From Mobula hypostoma (taxonomy: Eukaryota), in contig NC_086097.1 in assembly GCF_963921235.1 (NCBI RefSeq), positions 49,850,001 through 49,914,000 on the forward strand: a stretch of DNA of 64,000 nt. The letters run 5' to 3'. The first letter of the stretch is position 1; every line of letters starts with the position of its first letter. The translations under genes were made by a program, and so were the position numbers. This document shows positions 51,336 through 64,000 of the stretch, one piece after another. The notes under the pieces are model-generated. The model saw only the letters and a list, made by a program, of their open reading frames with translations. It was not told the origin of the DNA and did not search any database.

Positions 51336-52428
51336 CCATAATCACCTCAGCTCCTGTCTTATCACTCACTTTTCCCTCTTTATTCTGGCCATCTCACCTC
51401 ACCTCTTTCAGTATTGATACAGGGTTTTGACCTAAGACATCAACAGTTCCTTTCTCCCCCTCACAGATGTTGCTAATCCTGCTGAATTCCTTCAGCTGAT
51501 TGTTACACCAGATTTCAGTACCTGGTGTTTCCTGTCACTTTGTCCATTTTGGTGGAGGAGTTGATGGATCTGAGAAATATTGTTGAAGTTGGTGCAGACT
51601 GTTGTGTGTCTGGAGTCAGAATATGATGGGGGTAGGGACTTCTACCATCACCAGGTAGCTCATCGGTGGTGCTTGACAGGATTTTCATTGATTTTCAGAT
51701 CAGTTTAGACCTATACTTTGGAGGCAAATAGAGACATTTATTATCTTTTATGCTTTTCCTTTCTCATGTACCTTCTGGCTAAAGACCATCTCAAGCCTTT
51801 TCTACAAACTTGCTCATTATGAGTGGCTAATTATTTAAAATTCTACCCTTCCTGCCTTCCAAGATCATGGAGCTTAATAGCAGAGCTAAGATCAGAAATT
51901 CAGATTTACAAATTTAAAACCCTTTCAGCACATTCTTGATCATGTTGCTTTTAATAATCCAATAGTTGTTAAGTAGTTTCAAGGGATGTCTTGTTTTGCT
52001 GACAACTGCACAGGTTTTAAAAGATTCAGAAAATTGGACCATTTGCTCATCATCACCCATCTGTAGAGCCATGTGTGTGCAGTTCAGTGAACTAAAATAA
52101 TCAGCCTCTCCTCCCTGCCTTTTGGCTCGCCATTATTAATATTTAGATTCCTTTATCAGTAGGTGTGTATGAATGGTAATTTTTTGGGTAATCAGACAAT
52201 TAAAAACAGATCACTCAGTATATACAAATTAGTTTACCACAGGAACAGATACCTTTACACGATAGGTAAGATGGCTTCATAAAGTAAAGCCAAATAATTG
52301 ACTTAATCACCTAACAGCAAGTATTCAACTATTGTTCCCATTAATTGACTTGTCTCTGTGTTTAATATATTAGTGCTTTGCTTATTTGAAAAGCTATAGC
52401 TTACTAACTCTTATTTATCTTTAACCAG

Positions 52429-52629
52429 GTTTTTGGTGTTTTTGAATCACCTGACTTTACTGGAATTAATTCTGAAATTTATAGACCTGTAATCGGTGGC
52501 ACAGATTCTCCTACACAAAGGGATGAGGATAATATGCGTTATCAAAATACTAGCACTATTTACCAGCAAGCACCTACATTACAGGCAAATCGCACTACAG
52601 CCATTACTGGCTCTGATACTCTGCCACAG
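52429..52629 (+). CDS. CEP170B: CEP170B-like coding exon 9
   Basis: CCAG|VFGVFESPDF..YRPVI...TLPQ|GTAATG; 201 nt, phase 0-0. Confidence 0.92.
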
Positions 52630-53678
52630 GTAATGGTTCATAAAATAATAACTATTATTATAATTCAGGTACTTGAACTTGACCCCTTGTGTCATACCAG
52701 TTTGGGTCACAGAAATTCACCCTTACAGAATTCCCAAATCATTGTCAAAAAGTACCATGATACGGGATAACAATTCTCACGGAATTAATGTAGGGGAAAG
52801 CTATCGACCTCATATTTCTTGATACTTTTCATGCAGATAATATAGCTTTGTGTTAGAACAATGCAATATGGATGGTTTCCTAGGAATTAGGAATGCCACC
52901 CTGTAACGTGGGAGTTGCCTACATCTAGTTTTTGAGTATCCAGCCATTAAAATAAAGCGTACCAGTTCAAGATGCATAAAATAAAATTTAATTATACATT
53001 TACTGTGTTTTTTGTGGCATTCCTTCATACTACTATTATCACTTGCTGGTTTGCCTGGCTGTGGGATTCTTTGGGTAACAATTATTTCTTGACCATTACC
53101 ACTGAAGAATTTAATTGGAATCTTAGCACAGGATTTGTATTTCTGAACTTGTAATCCGGAAGCTTGGATTAATAATGTAAGTGTTAGCATGATTGTGAGA
53201 AAATTTCTGTTAAACCCATCTGGTTCACTATTATCATTTAGTGAAGAAAAACTCTCAGCAGGATCATAGAGATGATTGCAGGGGTGAAGTTGACTCTTAA
53301 CTGTCCTCAGAAAAGACCTAGCCCGCTGGTGAGTTGTGAGGACATGGGGGATGCCCTCATCTTGTGAGGCACTGCAATTTTACCAATGGTGATAAATTCA
53401 GCATACATTTAAATCAGCACTTCAATGGGGTGCTTTGGGCTAACAGGAGAGGAACAATATTATTCCTCCAGAATCTGTAACCTTGTTTTCTGGTTAAACG
53501 CTTGCCTGGTTTGGTGTGGAATTGGGTCCTGTGTGTAATGCCAGGCACATCTAAAGATAAGGAGAAGCTACATTGCTGGATAACAATTTTTGGGAAATTC
53601 TGGGCCAGTCATGATGAGAATTTAACGTACAAATCTATGCACAAATAATATTTTGTATTCTCTTGGTGTGAATTCTAG

Positions 53679-53799
53679 ATACGTCCTGTTGGCCCCATAG
53701 CCCATGGAAAGCAGAAGTGGGTCTCAAGGTGGGCAAGTCTTGCTGATGGCTATAATGGTTCTGTGCCAATTAGTGGAATCCATGACCTTCAACAGGGAA
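53679..53799 (+). CDS. CEP170B: CEP170B-like coding exon 10
   Basis: CTAG|IRPVGPIAHGKQKWVSRWASLADGY...QQG-A|GTGAGT; conserved KWVSRWASLAD; 121 nt. Confidence 0.9.
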
Positions 53800-53892
53800 G
53801 TGAGTATTGAAGTGATATCTTTCTTACATTTGCAAAATTACCTGTAAGTTTAATTTGTTCTGACCTTCTCTCCGTTTTTATATTTTTCATAG

Positions 53893-55797
53893 AAGATGCA
53901 GCTATAGTTGATATTGGAATTTATGGCAAGAGTGTTGAATCTATAGATTCAGATGCAGCGTCAACAACTAGTCAGTCATCTCGAAAACGTCGGACTCTCC
54001 CACAGTTGCCACCCAGTGAAAAACTTGATACTTCAAAATCAAAAGATTACCTTCAGCCACGTTCTCCTCCTAGCTCTGAATCAATAAAGAAATTAGAAAT
54101 GGAACAGCGCTCCTTTCCACAGACTCAGGAAAAATTGTTCATTTGTGAAGACAAAGACTTAGACCCTGACAGTCTGAGTGATGATGATAAGTCTGACGAT
54201 TCTTCCCATATTACAAAAGGGAAGAGTAGGAAGTATAGAATTTCCCGGGTTACCAGAAAATTACACCCAGAGCATACGTGGAATGATCAGGGAACATCTG
54301 ACATATCTGAAGGTAGATCACAGATGACTGATGCATACACACAAAGTGCAGCCAAAGAGCATTTAGACTCTAAAAGTGGCACTAAATGTTTCTCAGAGCA
54401 TGAGCTGAAATCTTCCTATAGTAGCACGAAAGAAAAAAAATCGGAAAGCTCCGCTAAACAAACTTCAGTGGCCAAAATGACATTAGCGAGCTTTGAGAGA
54501 AAGATGAAAGAACAAGAGTTTAGCTCAAAATCATGCAGTATTTCATCCTCTACAAGATGGTCAACGGCCCCAGATACTAGCAAGGCTGCTGTGGAAAGCA
54601 CAGATGCAATCAACTCCACAAGTAAAACAACTCAAATAAACAATAGAAGCCCCTCCCAGGAAAGAAAAAAGACTTCAACGAAAGATTCTCGTGTATCTGT
54701 TATCAGACAAGAAAGTTTTACTAAAGACAGACCAAGTATTGATACTGCAACATATAAAATTCCTAATATTTCAAGCCGTTTGTCAGTTAAAGATCATGGA
54801 AGAGCCTCCCACAGGACAGAATGCACAGAGGACACACATCTCATTCTGAAAGATACAGAAGCTGCAATGGCAGCCTTAGAAGCAAGACTCCAGTCTCAGG
54901 ATATCCATATTAGTCAACAAGAAAGTAGTTCATATGTCCAAGGTGATTCCTACTCTGGAGAATCAGATAATGATACAACAAGTTCCGTAAGTTTGAAAAG
55001 TAAAAATACCACTAGTTCTGCACAGAAACAGAAGAAGCTCAGTAGTGCACCCAAAGGGAAAGCAGCTGCATCAGTTCAAGACCATCCACACCAAGCCAAC
55101 GCTCGGGAACGACTATCTGAGAAACGCAGAGGCCAGCTTCTGGATCCAACCAATAAACCAGACTACAGTCGCCGTTTCCAACTGAAACGCAGCACAGGAT
55201 CGCGTGGCTCCACAGACTTCACAGATGACGAGAGGTCTTCTAGCCTTCCATATTTACCGATAACCGATGCACACTCTTCTGACCAGGAGCATTCTCAGAC
55301 CAGTAAACCTCAACTGCGTAAAAAGTTTTATGGTTCTCTGCGCACAAGGGAGGACTTGAATAAATCAGCGAAGTCTTCAGTACAAACAACACTAACCCGT
55401 TCAAACAGCCTTTCAACACCCAGGCCAACCAGGGCATCCTTGCTGCGCCGTGCTCGCCTTGGAGATGCTTCAGATAATGAGAGTGCTGATGTGGACAAAG
55501 TTTCATTGGCTTCAGAACTGTCCACGACAAGCTCTACATCTTCAAAGCAACCAACTGATAAAAAATTATCACGGCTTGATATGCTAGCTTTGCCCCGGAA
55601 ACGCACAGGTTCACTCACTGTAAATAGTGACACGGAAACTACAGTGCTGAGAAGCAGTTTTAGTGCAAGAAGCGTAGATGTAACTGCTACTAGTCGCAAG
55701 TCCGTCAGTGCTGATGCTAAAGCAGCAGCCAAAAAAGTTACTGCAAGCACAGCAAAACAAACAAGAGTCCGTGGTAATGGTACAAAATCAGTTTCTA
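53893..55797 (+). CDS. CEP170B: CEP170B-like coding exon 11 (large Ser-rich exon)
   Basis: 1905 nt open frame with RKRRTLPQLP, DPDSLSD, RQESFTK, LTRSNSLSTPRPTRASLLRRARLGDASDNE, LSRLDMLALPRKRTGS; donor A|GTGAGT; phase 1-1. Confidence 0.95.
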
Positions 55798-58694
55798 GTG
55801 AGTATACACTAAAAGAATATCAAAAGTACATTCTTTCTTTGGAAAGCTAATCATAAGTGAACATTTAACTATGCTTGGAAACCCTGTAAGTTTCCAGATG
55901 TTTTCCCTGACATTTCCTTCGGAGTCAAACTCTTGTTTTTATTTTTCTAGACCCTTGACATCTGTTTTTAATTCCCATTTCAGTCTTTCCTATTGCTCAA
56001 TTATGCTCCTTTACAGTTATCTGTATTTCCCATTTCTATATTTCCAATATTAATACTTCAGTCTCATCCTCTGAGGTAGCAATATTTACTTTTAATCTTC
56101 TGTTTCTTTTTTACAATTCAATTTTATATAATTTGCTGGTTTCTTTAAAAAAATACTCTGGCCATCCACTATTTTCCATTGCCTTGTATATCTTTTCTTT
56201 CAAATTGTTGCAAAGATTAACTCTGTAGTTAGCCGTGGATAGTGTTTCCTTCTCATAGAGTCTGCCATTCTTATTGAGGTACATCTCTGCTGAGGTTTAT
56301 GAAGTATCTCTTTGAATATTTGTCACTGCCAATCTTTGAACTATCTTCTGTCCACTCTAGCCACGTCTAGCACCATTGACTGACTTTAAGTTCAGGACAC
56401 TGGTTTCAGATTGAATTTGAAGTCCTACTGTGGTGTGATCATGCTTTCCTGGATATTCACTTAACTATGAGATACTTAATTAATACTGCCTCACTATTTC
56501 TTAATGCTTCCTCAAGCTACTACTCAAAGCCACTAACTTGAATTCTATGAACTTGTCCTCAGGACAATGTATACCAGTTTGATCTGTCCAGTGTATATGA
56601 TTTCCCAAGGAAATTTCAGTGGCTTTCTCATAGCCTCCAGCTTTTCCATGTTTTTTGCTTATGTTCTATAATTAGCTGCTTCAAAGTATCCTGTGTACTA
56701 CTGCCAACAGTCACTTATTACCTTGGCTCTTTATTTCTTTACTTGCCATCTGGACATAATTTATACCACATTATCTATTGAAACTCCCTGATTTAAAAAA
56801 AATCGATAACACTTTAGTGAAGTCCTTTGGGCAGTGTTATCATGTTGACGATGTATATGTCAAGTTGTTGTGGTGATCCTGTCCAGTGGTGTTTTGTTTT
56901 AAAGAATTTACAATATTTATCCATGCAACTAAAGTTGATAAAGTAGATAAACTCCTTCCATCTTATTTCTCAACATCTTTTAATTTTTCTCCTTGTAATC
57001 CTCATGTTGGCTCTCTGAATTCACATTCCTATCCAATCTAAGCATCTGTCTCCATATAAACATTCTTTCATTTCCCACTATGCTGGAATCCTCAATATCC
57101 ACATTTCTCCATCCCATTAAAATTCCAATTACTTTTGCATATATGGAAAAATGTAAAGTCCTGCTCTCCAACTCCCAAACAAATGGTTCCCAAAGTTAAC
57201 ATTCACAACAGCCTTTTACTTTGCAGATTTCACTCACCTTCATCTTTAATGTCCTCTGCAATAGAAAACAAAATATGTCATGTCATTTCCACCATCTGTA
57301 TTCTCCAAAGACAAAGGGACAAATGTGTTCCTTTGCCTTGGGAGAATATGGATGGTAGTTGTTCTGTTGACCCATCACAAGATCAATTAACAGAGCCCTC
57401 ATGACCGGTGACAGAAACAGTGTGTAAAATGGAGAGTTTTTTCACGTGTTCTTAGATCATCATCAGGGTTTTAATCCCACTTAGTATTTTAGTTTTATGA
57501 AGAAAATGTGCCTGTATTTAATGACCAACTATGTGAGGGTGAAGGTAGACAACAAGTGTCTTTTATTTGATAGTGCAATATTCACCTCTGAAAAAAATTT
57601 ACCTTCTGTCTATCTTCGCCCGTGGAGTCCATCATTATTAAAGACAGTCCAATTTTCTTCATAAAACTAAAATACGAAGCTTTTCCTGCTATTATCTTAT
57701 TGAAAGTCAGCAAAAATACCCTAAAATTAATTTGCACTTCCATATCCTTGAACTGCATTTAGTTTCCAAAAGAATATATACTTTCCTCCAGCTGCATCAT
57801 GCCTGATCTCCTAATCTGGACTTTGAGGTAGTCTTTAAGTCAGTTCAGGCTCAGTGGTAGGCTGTGAAATGGTTTCGGTGTGCTATTACACTATGGGGGT
57901 AGGACTGGATTGTACAGCTAGGTTATGTGGAAAGTTATCATTTGCATCTTGGGCTGCAAGAGGAATGTTATTAAATATTTGTTAACAGGAAGAGTGACAT
58001 TTCGAAGACGTAAACAAAACTTATAATAATTCTACAGTACAACTTAGAAGCTTTTGTAAAAGATTGTTTAAGAAATTTCCCAAATCCCGAATTAAGTGTA
58101 GAACAGATGAGCCTAATGAGAATATTCCAAAGTATTCAATTTCAAAAGTATTTTCTATGATTTAATACTATTCTTGAGCCTCATCAATATTATATGAAAA
58201 TATTATATAAGCTTTGCTCAGTAATTGCATCCATCTTTACAGTATTCTTTGAATAAAGTTAATAAACTAGTGAACAGTAAAAGCTCTAACATTAACTTAT
58301 GTCTTGTTAAGGCTTAAGTTTTTATTTCATATTTTAAGGTCTAATCTTATTAACTCTGAAATACTAACAAAATCAGATTAATCATCACTGGGTTTAATAA
58401 CATACTTTGGTGGCAAGTCATGGTATTCTCTTACTTAAAAGAACTCATAATGAAATACTTATAAGGTTATGTTTTATTTTTCAACATGATGAAGTTATGT
58501 TTTATTTTTCATGTACTAATCTCTGATAAGTTCTCTAGCTATTTTATAATCAAGTTCTTACAGATGGAGATTAAAACTTGGGTTTTGTGCTTCAAAAGTT
58601 CATATATTTATGACTGACTTAAGTGTTCACTTTGCTGGCCTAGATTGCTAGTTAGATGTTTAGAACATTATATTCACATTAATATTTTTTTTAA

Positions 58695-58990
58695 TTTAGA
58701 GATGTAGCGTGAAATAGGCCCTTCTGGCACTTGGTGCTGTGCCCCCCATCAACCCCCGGCAACCTCGATTTAACCCTGACCCAATCATGGGACAATTTAC
58801 AATGACTAGTTGACTTACCTGGTATATCTTTGGACTGTGAGAGGAAAGTGGAGCACCTAGGGAAAATCCATACATTCCACAGGGAGGACATATAGAGACT
58901 CCTTTCAAAGGATGCTGGGTTTGAGCTCCAAACTCTGTTGCCCTGATCTATAATAACATTGTGCTAACTGCTACACTACCGTGGCACCCT
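58695..58990 (-). mobile_element. V-domain SINE
   Basis: Reverse complement of the SINE core; resembles the 18818 copy. Confidence 0.65.
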
Positions 58991-60424
58991 ACAGTAGCAG
59001 CACTACGGTATTTACCACATAGCATTTAAACCCCTAATAATACCAATCAATCTGTGGCTATCGAGTATGATTATTATGCTTAAGTGTATGTCCTAATAGC
59101 ATTAGTATTGATTTTGATGTCTGGGAGTGTTTGTGTATAAAGTAAGTGATAGATGTGTTTAATAAAACACAACAGAGCTGGGACTTTAGCAAGAAAGTTA
59201 ACTGTGATCATTTTTTAAAAACGTATAGGCTGTGCCTCATCTGAAGTATTAAGTCCCAGTTTAAGAAAGGTGCGATTGTAAAAGAGATGGTAAAACAGAA
59301 GAAGTAGATTGGCTCAACAGGTCAGAATTTAACATTCCGAATGCAATAAAAAAGCTGAAGTTGTCCTGTTTAAGGCAGTGTTAGTTTAGAGGAAGTTCAA
59401 TGGTGCCACTTAAAGATGACACAGATTTAAAATAATTGGCAAAACAACCTGAGATGACATAAGGAGATTTTTTTTTGTACAACAAACAGTTAGGGTTTGG
59501 AATGCACTGCCTGGTTGCATTATGGATGAAAATTCAAACATAACTTCTTAGTAGAAAACAGCCACCTGCCATTGCTAGCATGTGTTGTTTCCAGTGGGAA
59601 GTAGTTTCACATTTTTTTTTGTACTTGAAGAGATGTTTCCTACCTTTAATGATTTTGCTCTGCCTTCAGAGTTATGTCAGAAGCTCTCAGCTGGTCAGGC
59701 AAGAAAAAGTTAATATTTCAGATCAAAGATTACATATCTGCAATTTTTGGTAATTTGTTGTGTAAAGATGTGTTCCCTCATTCTAGCCTGACTCTCCAGG
59801 AATAGGGGTTTCAGCTACTCAGCCTATCTACTCTATCAGTTTCTTTCAAAATCCTTAAAACCCTAATCGAATCACTCCATAAATTCTAAAGAGTATAAAC
59901 TAATTTATGTAATCTTTCTATAGCACGCTCTTGATAACCTGGCGACATTCTGATGATACATTCCTTCCAATGCTAATATAACTTTTCTGAGATGCATTCC
60001 TCAGAGCTTTGTGTAGCAAATTTATTCACTTTTGCTTCCTTGTTGTATTGTTAAAATTGCAATATTCTATTAGTGCTTTTTACTCTCTTTGTACTTCAGC
60101 TGTGTACAATTGATACCTAAACTTGGGTCTCTTTGGGCCATCACTGGTTGTAGTTTGCTATTTCCATGCTTAGAAATAACAGAAACTATACAAGAGTTTC
60201 CTTTCCAAAGCCGAGGAATTCTTCACATTATTGAGATTGTTGAAACAGCATTGCTAATGTCATTTTTCTAAATGGGAAAATGTTTTTAAATAGAGGCGTA
60301 ATTGTTTAAAAAAATGCCCACATCTGATGTATGTAAATTCACTTCCCAGGGTTCAAAAGGCTTATTGCTAACCTCAGCTTTCTAGCACTGCAGTATGACC
60401 TTTCCAAAGTGTCAGAGTTGTTTA

Positions 60425-60570
60425 GAACATAGAAACATAGAAAACGTACAGCACAATACAGGCCCTTCAGCCCACAATGCTGTGCTGAACATGTACTTAC
60501 TTTAGAAATTACCTAGGGTTACCCATAGCCCTCTATTTTTCTAAGCTCTATGTACCTATCCAGGAGTCTC
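60425..60570 (-). mobile_element. CR1 LINE 3' tail fragment
   Basis: (AACATAGA)n tail followed by ACAGCACAATACAGGCCCTTC terminal motif. Confidence 0.65.
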
Positions 60571-60635
60571 TGACAAAGTCTTTGTTTGTGACAAAGTTAA
60601 ACTTCTAACCAATGTTCCTTGCTCAGCTACTTGTA

Positions 60636-61647
60636 GGGTACGTCCACACTACGCCGGATAATTTTGAAAACGAAGCTTTTTCTCTTCGTTTTGCCCTCCT
60701 GTCCACACTGGGCCGACGTTTTCAGCCCCCGAAAACGGAGATTTTCGAAAACACTCTCCAGAGTGAATAAATCTGAAAACACCAAATATCCGGCGTAGTG
60801 TGTACGGGGTAAACGGAGAGATTTAAAAATATTGTCATGACAACACCACAACAACAATGCTTTTTTCTGCTTCTGCTCGGTACTGCACAAGCTGTTATAA
60901 CGCGCGGTCGGTGTGAACGGTGTGAGAGTTAAATTGTGTGAGTTTTTTTGACTATTTAAAAACGCTGTCATGACGTGCCAGAACAGATGTTCGTTGTTTT
61001 CTTGAATGCCACCACCTAACAATTTCAGAACAGACAGACTAGACTGAAGCCAGAAGGGTTAGAAATGTACTCACCAAATACTTTGACCCATAGCTTACTG
61101 AATAAATAAGTATATTCACTTCGCCCTGTTTTCTGTCCTTGCTTGTATGAAGGTGGTTCACCTATTTATGCAAGTACTTCTCTGACAACAGATGAGTAAC
61201 AGCCTAATGTAACATTGTATGGAAATACAAGATAACACTGATGCAGACGTTTTATACATTTAACAAGGTGCTTTATTAATGCAACAGAGTTAGTGAGTTT
61301 TTCAATGTTCATCGTCAGCTGGGTCATACTGTCCGTGAACTCGCTGTCGGTTGCCTCCATACGCTCTAGTATTTGATTTTTTTTAAGTTTTAAGTCCTCT
61401 TGCGCGAGAGCCAAGAGCAATTCCTTTTAAATTTTTCTACTCTGTAACTGGACAAACGCGCACTATGTATACCGATTCCTCTTCGCTTGTTTTCTGTGTG
61501 TCCTGTGCATGCCCAGTAGGAGGAGATTCGCCCAAATATCCACCTAATGTGGACGGAGATATTTTGAAAAGCACTTAGTGTGGACGCCTGTCGCTTTTAC
61601 TCGAAACTGGCGTTTTCAAAATTATCCGGCATAGTGTGGATGTAGCT
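60636..61647. mobile_element. Non-autonomous PIF/Harbinger-type DNA transposon
   Basis: 37-bp TIR GGGTACGTCCACACTACGCCGGATAATTTTGAAAACG with 4 mismatches; 3-bp flanking repeat GTA; subterminal GTCCACA and TTTTGAAAA repeats. Confidence 0.85.
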
Positions 61648-62680
61648 GTAGTAAACAAGTAAACACTGAGGTAATGTAGGCCCATGTTTAATCAACGTAA
61701 GACAATGAGTTTATGCTAATTAGCCTCCATCAAACCAGGCAACACTAGCTAAGTTATCTGCACCATCGTGAATCAGTTCAAGGTAGCTTGCAGAGCAGAC
61801 TGATTTTGTCACTTAGCACTTCAAATATGGGTCACAGGCATAGCTGATCAATCAGTCAATAGTTGGGATATCTGTACACACATAGAGTCAGCCTTCACAA
61901 CATTTAATTTTGGGTGTCTGGGAGCTCTCTTTAGAAGCATTTAGACCATCTGTGTGAATTACTTTGTCCCAACAAAGGTATCTGAAAAACATCACAGGCA
62001 AATAATGTCAACCAGCAGCAAAACAATATAAATGTTAGAAAGCACTAGGGATTGCTAGGAATGACCAGGAGAATGAAAGAGTGAAAATCTAGAATTCATC
62101 CCTCAACCTTGGCTTTCTGCGACAGACAACTCACTCTTAGTTCGTAAAAAATTTAACTGTGTTTAGAAATCCTTTGTAGTTCATAAATCTTTTGTAATTT
62201 ATAAATCTTTTATAAATCAGAAATGCTCTATGGGTTTTAAATATGTGTTTAAAAAGTATTTGTCTAAATTTAAACATGTATAATTTAAAAATAAAATAAG
62301 CTGTGTTTAAATTACTTCATTAGCTGGAAGTGTCTCCTCCTTGGTAGGGAGAGGAAACCCACCACTCAAATAGTGGGTATTGGCAGCTAGACAGGGAAGT
62401 AAGCTAGTCCCTGAAGACTAGGTCAGTACAGTATAACCTCCATTTAATGAAGGTACCCATAGATACATACAAAGTATATATCAGGTAGGATTTAACATCT
62501 CCTTCTAAGTTCAGGGCTTTGCAAACAGTGAACCAATACCATCACAACCTCTGCTCTAAACTTCTGAATAATCTCCATTTGTAAGAATTGTGAATGTCAT
62601 TTAAAATCTTGGGTTGTTCTATCTTTTGCCTTTGTTCTTTTACCACCTTTCTCTTTGTTTAAAACTAATTATTTTACAAG

Positions 62681-62897
62681 ACTCAAGATGGAGACAGCAA
62701 ACATCAGATTACACTTCTACTTCAGAGGAGGAGTATAACTCAAATCACACTTCTCCTAAACACAACCGCTTGCATGCCTCAACAGCTACCCACAGCAACA
62801 GAGCCCAGTCTTCCCATTCAGGAAGAACAAGACAAAATATGAACGATGTTGATGATCCTTATGAAAACTGGACTACCCACAGTGCAGAAATTGCAAG
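62681..62897 (+). CDS. CEP170B: CEP170B-like coding exon 12 (start of the C-terminal conserved region; gene continues beyond window)
   Basis: AAG|(N)SRWRQQTSDYTSTSEEEY..SPKH..WTTHSAEIAR, AG|GTATTG; phase 1-2; acceptor less certain. Confidence 0.88.
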
Positions 62898-63084
62898 GTA
62901 TTGTGAATTTTGCTTTATGCGATTGATCCTAAAACCTAAATCTGTGGTTATGTACACCATTTAGATATATATTTCTCTCTCTTTTGCCCTACATAGTACC
63001 ATACACCATTTGAAGTAAAAATCATAGGCTTGTTATCTGCCTACAGCTTGTCCATGTTGTTGCTGTTAATCCATCTGTTAAATT

Positions 63085-63646
63085 TGTTTGTCATATATAT
63101 TAATCATCTGGATGATGGAGTGGTAAATTGGATTAGTAAGTATGCAGATGATACTAAGATAGGTGGCATTGTGGATAATGAAGTAGGTTTTCAAAGCTTT
63201 CAGAGAGATTTAGGCCAGTTAGAACAGTGGCTGAAAGATGGCAGATGGAGTTTAATGCTGAAAAAGGTGAGGTGCTACATTTTGGTAGGTCTAATCAAAA
63301 TAGGACATACATGGTAAATGGTAGGGCATTGAAGAATGCAGTAGAACAGAGGGATCTAGGAATAATGGTGCATAGTTCCCTGAAGGTGAATCTCATGTGG
63401 GTAGGGGGGTGAAGAAAGCTTTTGGTATGCTGGCCTTTATTAATCAGAACATTGAGTATAGGAGTTGGGATGTAATGTTGAAATTGTATAAGGCATTGGT
63501 AAGGCCAAATTTGGAGTATTGTGTACAGTTCTGGTCACCAAATTATAGGAAAGATGTCAATAAAATTGATAGAGTACAGAGGAGATTTACTAAAATGTTG
63601 CCTGGGTTTCATCTCCTAAGTTACAGAGGAAGGTTGAACAAGTTAG
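63085..63646 (+). mobile_element. CR1 LINE RT fragment
   Basis: FVIYINHLDDG..KYADDTKIGG; WQMEFNAEK; LVRPNLEYCVQFWSP. Confidence 0.88.
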
Positions 63647-64000
63647 GTCAATCACCATGCCTATTATCATAAAGCTTGTCTCTGTATCCATTTTCCTTGA
63701 ATCTCAAACCTACTACAGACATACAAGTAACAGTTTTAATACAGAAACACATGGACATAAGATCTGTTCTAGTGTTTCCAGATTTCAGTTGTGCTGGAAC
63801 ATTACAAGTTTTAGAACAACTGAGTGAAGTCCTAGCTGTTAGAGTGATATTATGTTCATCATGTGGCTGAATTCTGCAAAAGGAACATTGAGAGCCAGCT
63901 CCCACTGCTTACATTACTAAAAGCAAATCCATTATACTCAAGTCGGATTTGCAAGTCACATGAAACTAGGCTCAATTCTTTGACTGGCAAAAGTGCTATT

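Noticed and set aside
55798..55850. Extension of the 614-aa ORF to a stop at 55850 as the gene end
   Set aside because: A consensus GTGAGT donor at 55798 and a phase-compatible conserved exon at 62681 show the gene continues.

Overview
Vertebrate genomic DNA; the repeat complement (CR1 LINEs, V-domain SINEs, abundant Penelope-like elements) suggests a cartilaginous fish, probably a ray (inference). The window holds the promoter/CpG island (~15.3-15.7 kb), a probable non-coding exon 1 and 12 phase-compatible coding exons (4313 nt, ~1437 codons) of a CEP170-family gene on the + strand, most like CEP170B; the gene continues past the right edge. The intron at 24085-30391 is a 6.3-kb AT-AC U12-type intron. 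The rest is mostly decayed or nested mobile DNA: CR1, Rex/Babar, R4/Dong, SINEs, hAT, Tigger, Harbinger and two solo LTRs. The most notable signal is a family of young Penelope-like insertions with 9-14 bp target-site duplications, often fold-back, each carrying a minimal hammerhead ribozyme motif (AGTC-CTGACGA-AGGGTCTCGGCCY-GAAAC-GTC-GACT). Five copies have an intact core, one is near-intact and several are decayed. Repeat boundaries are approximate unless a TSD or TIR is cited.
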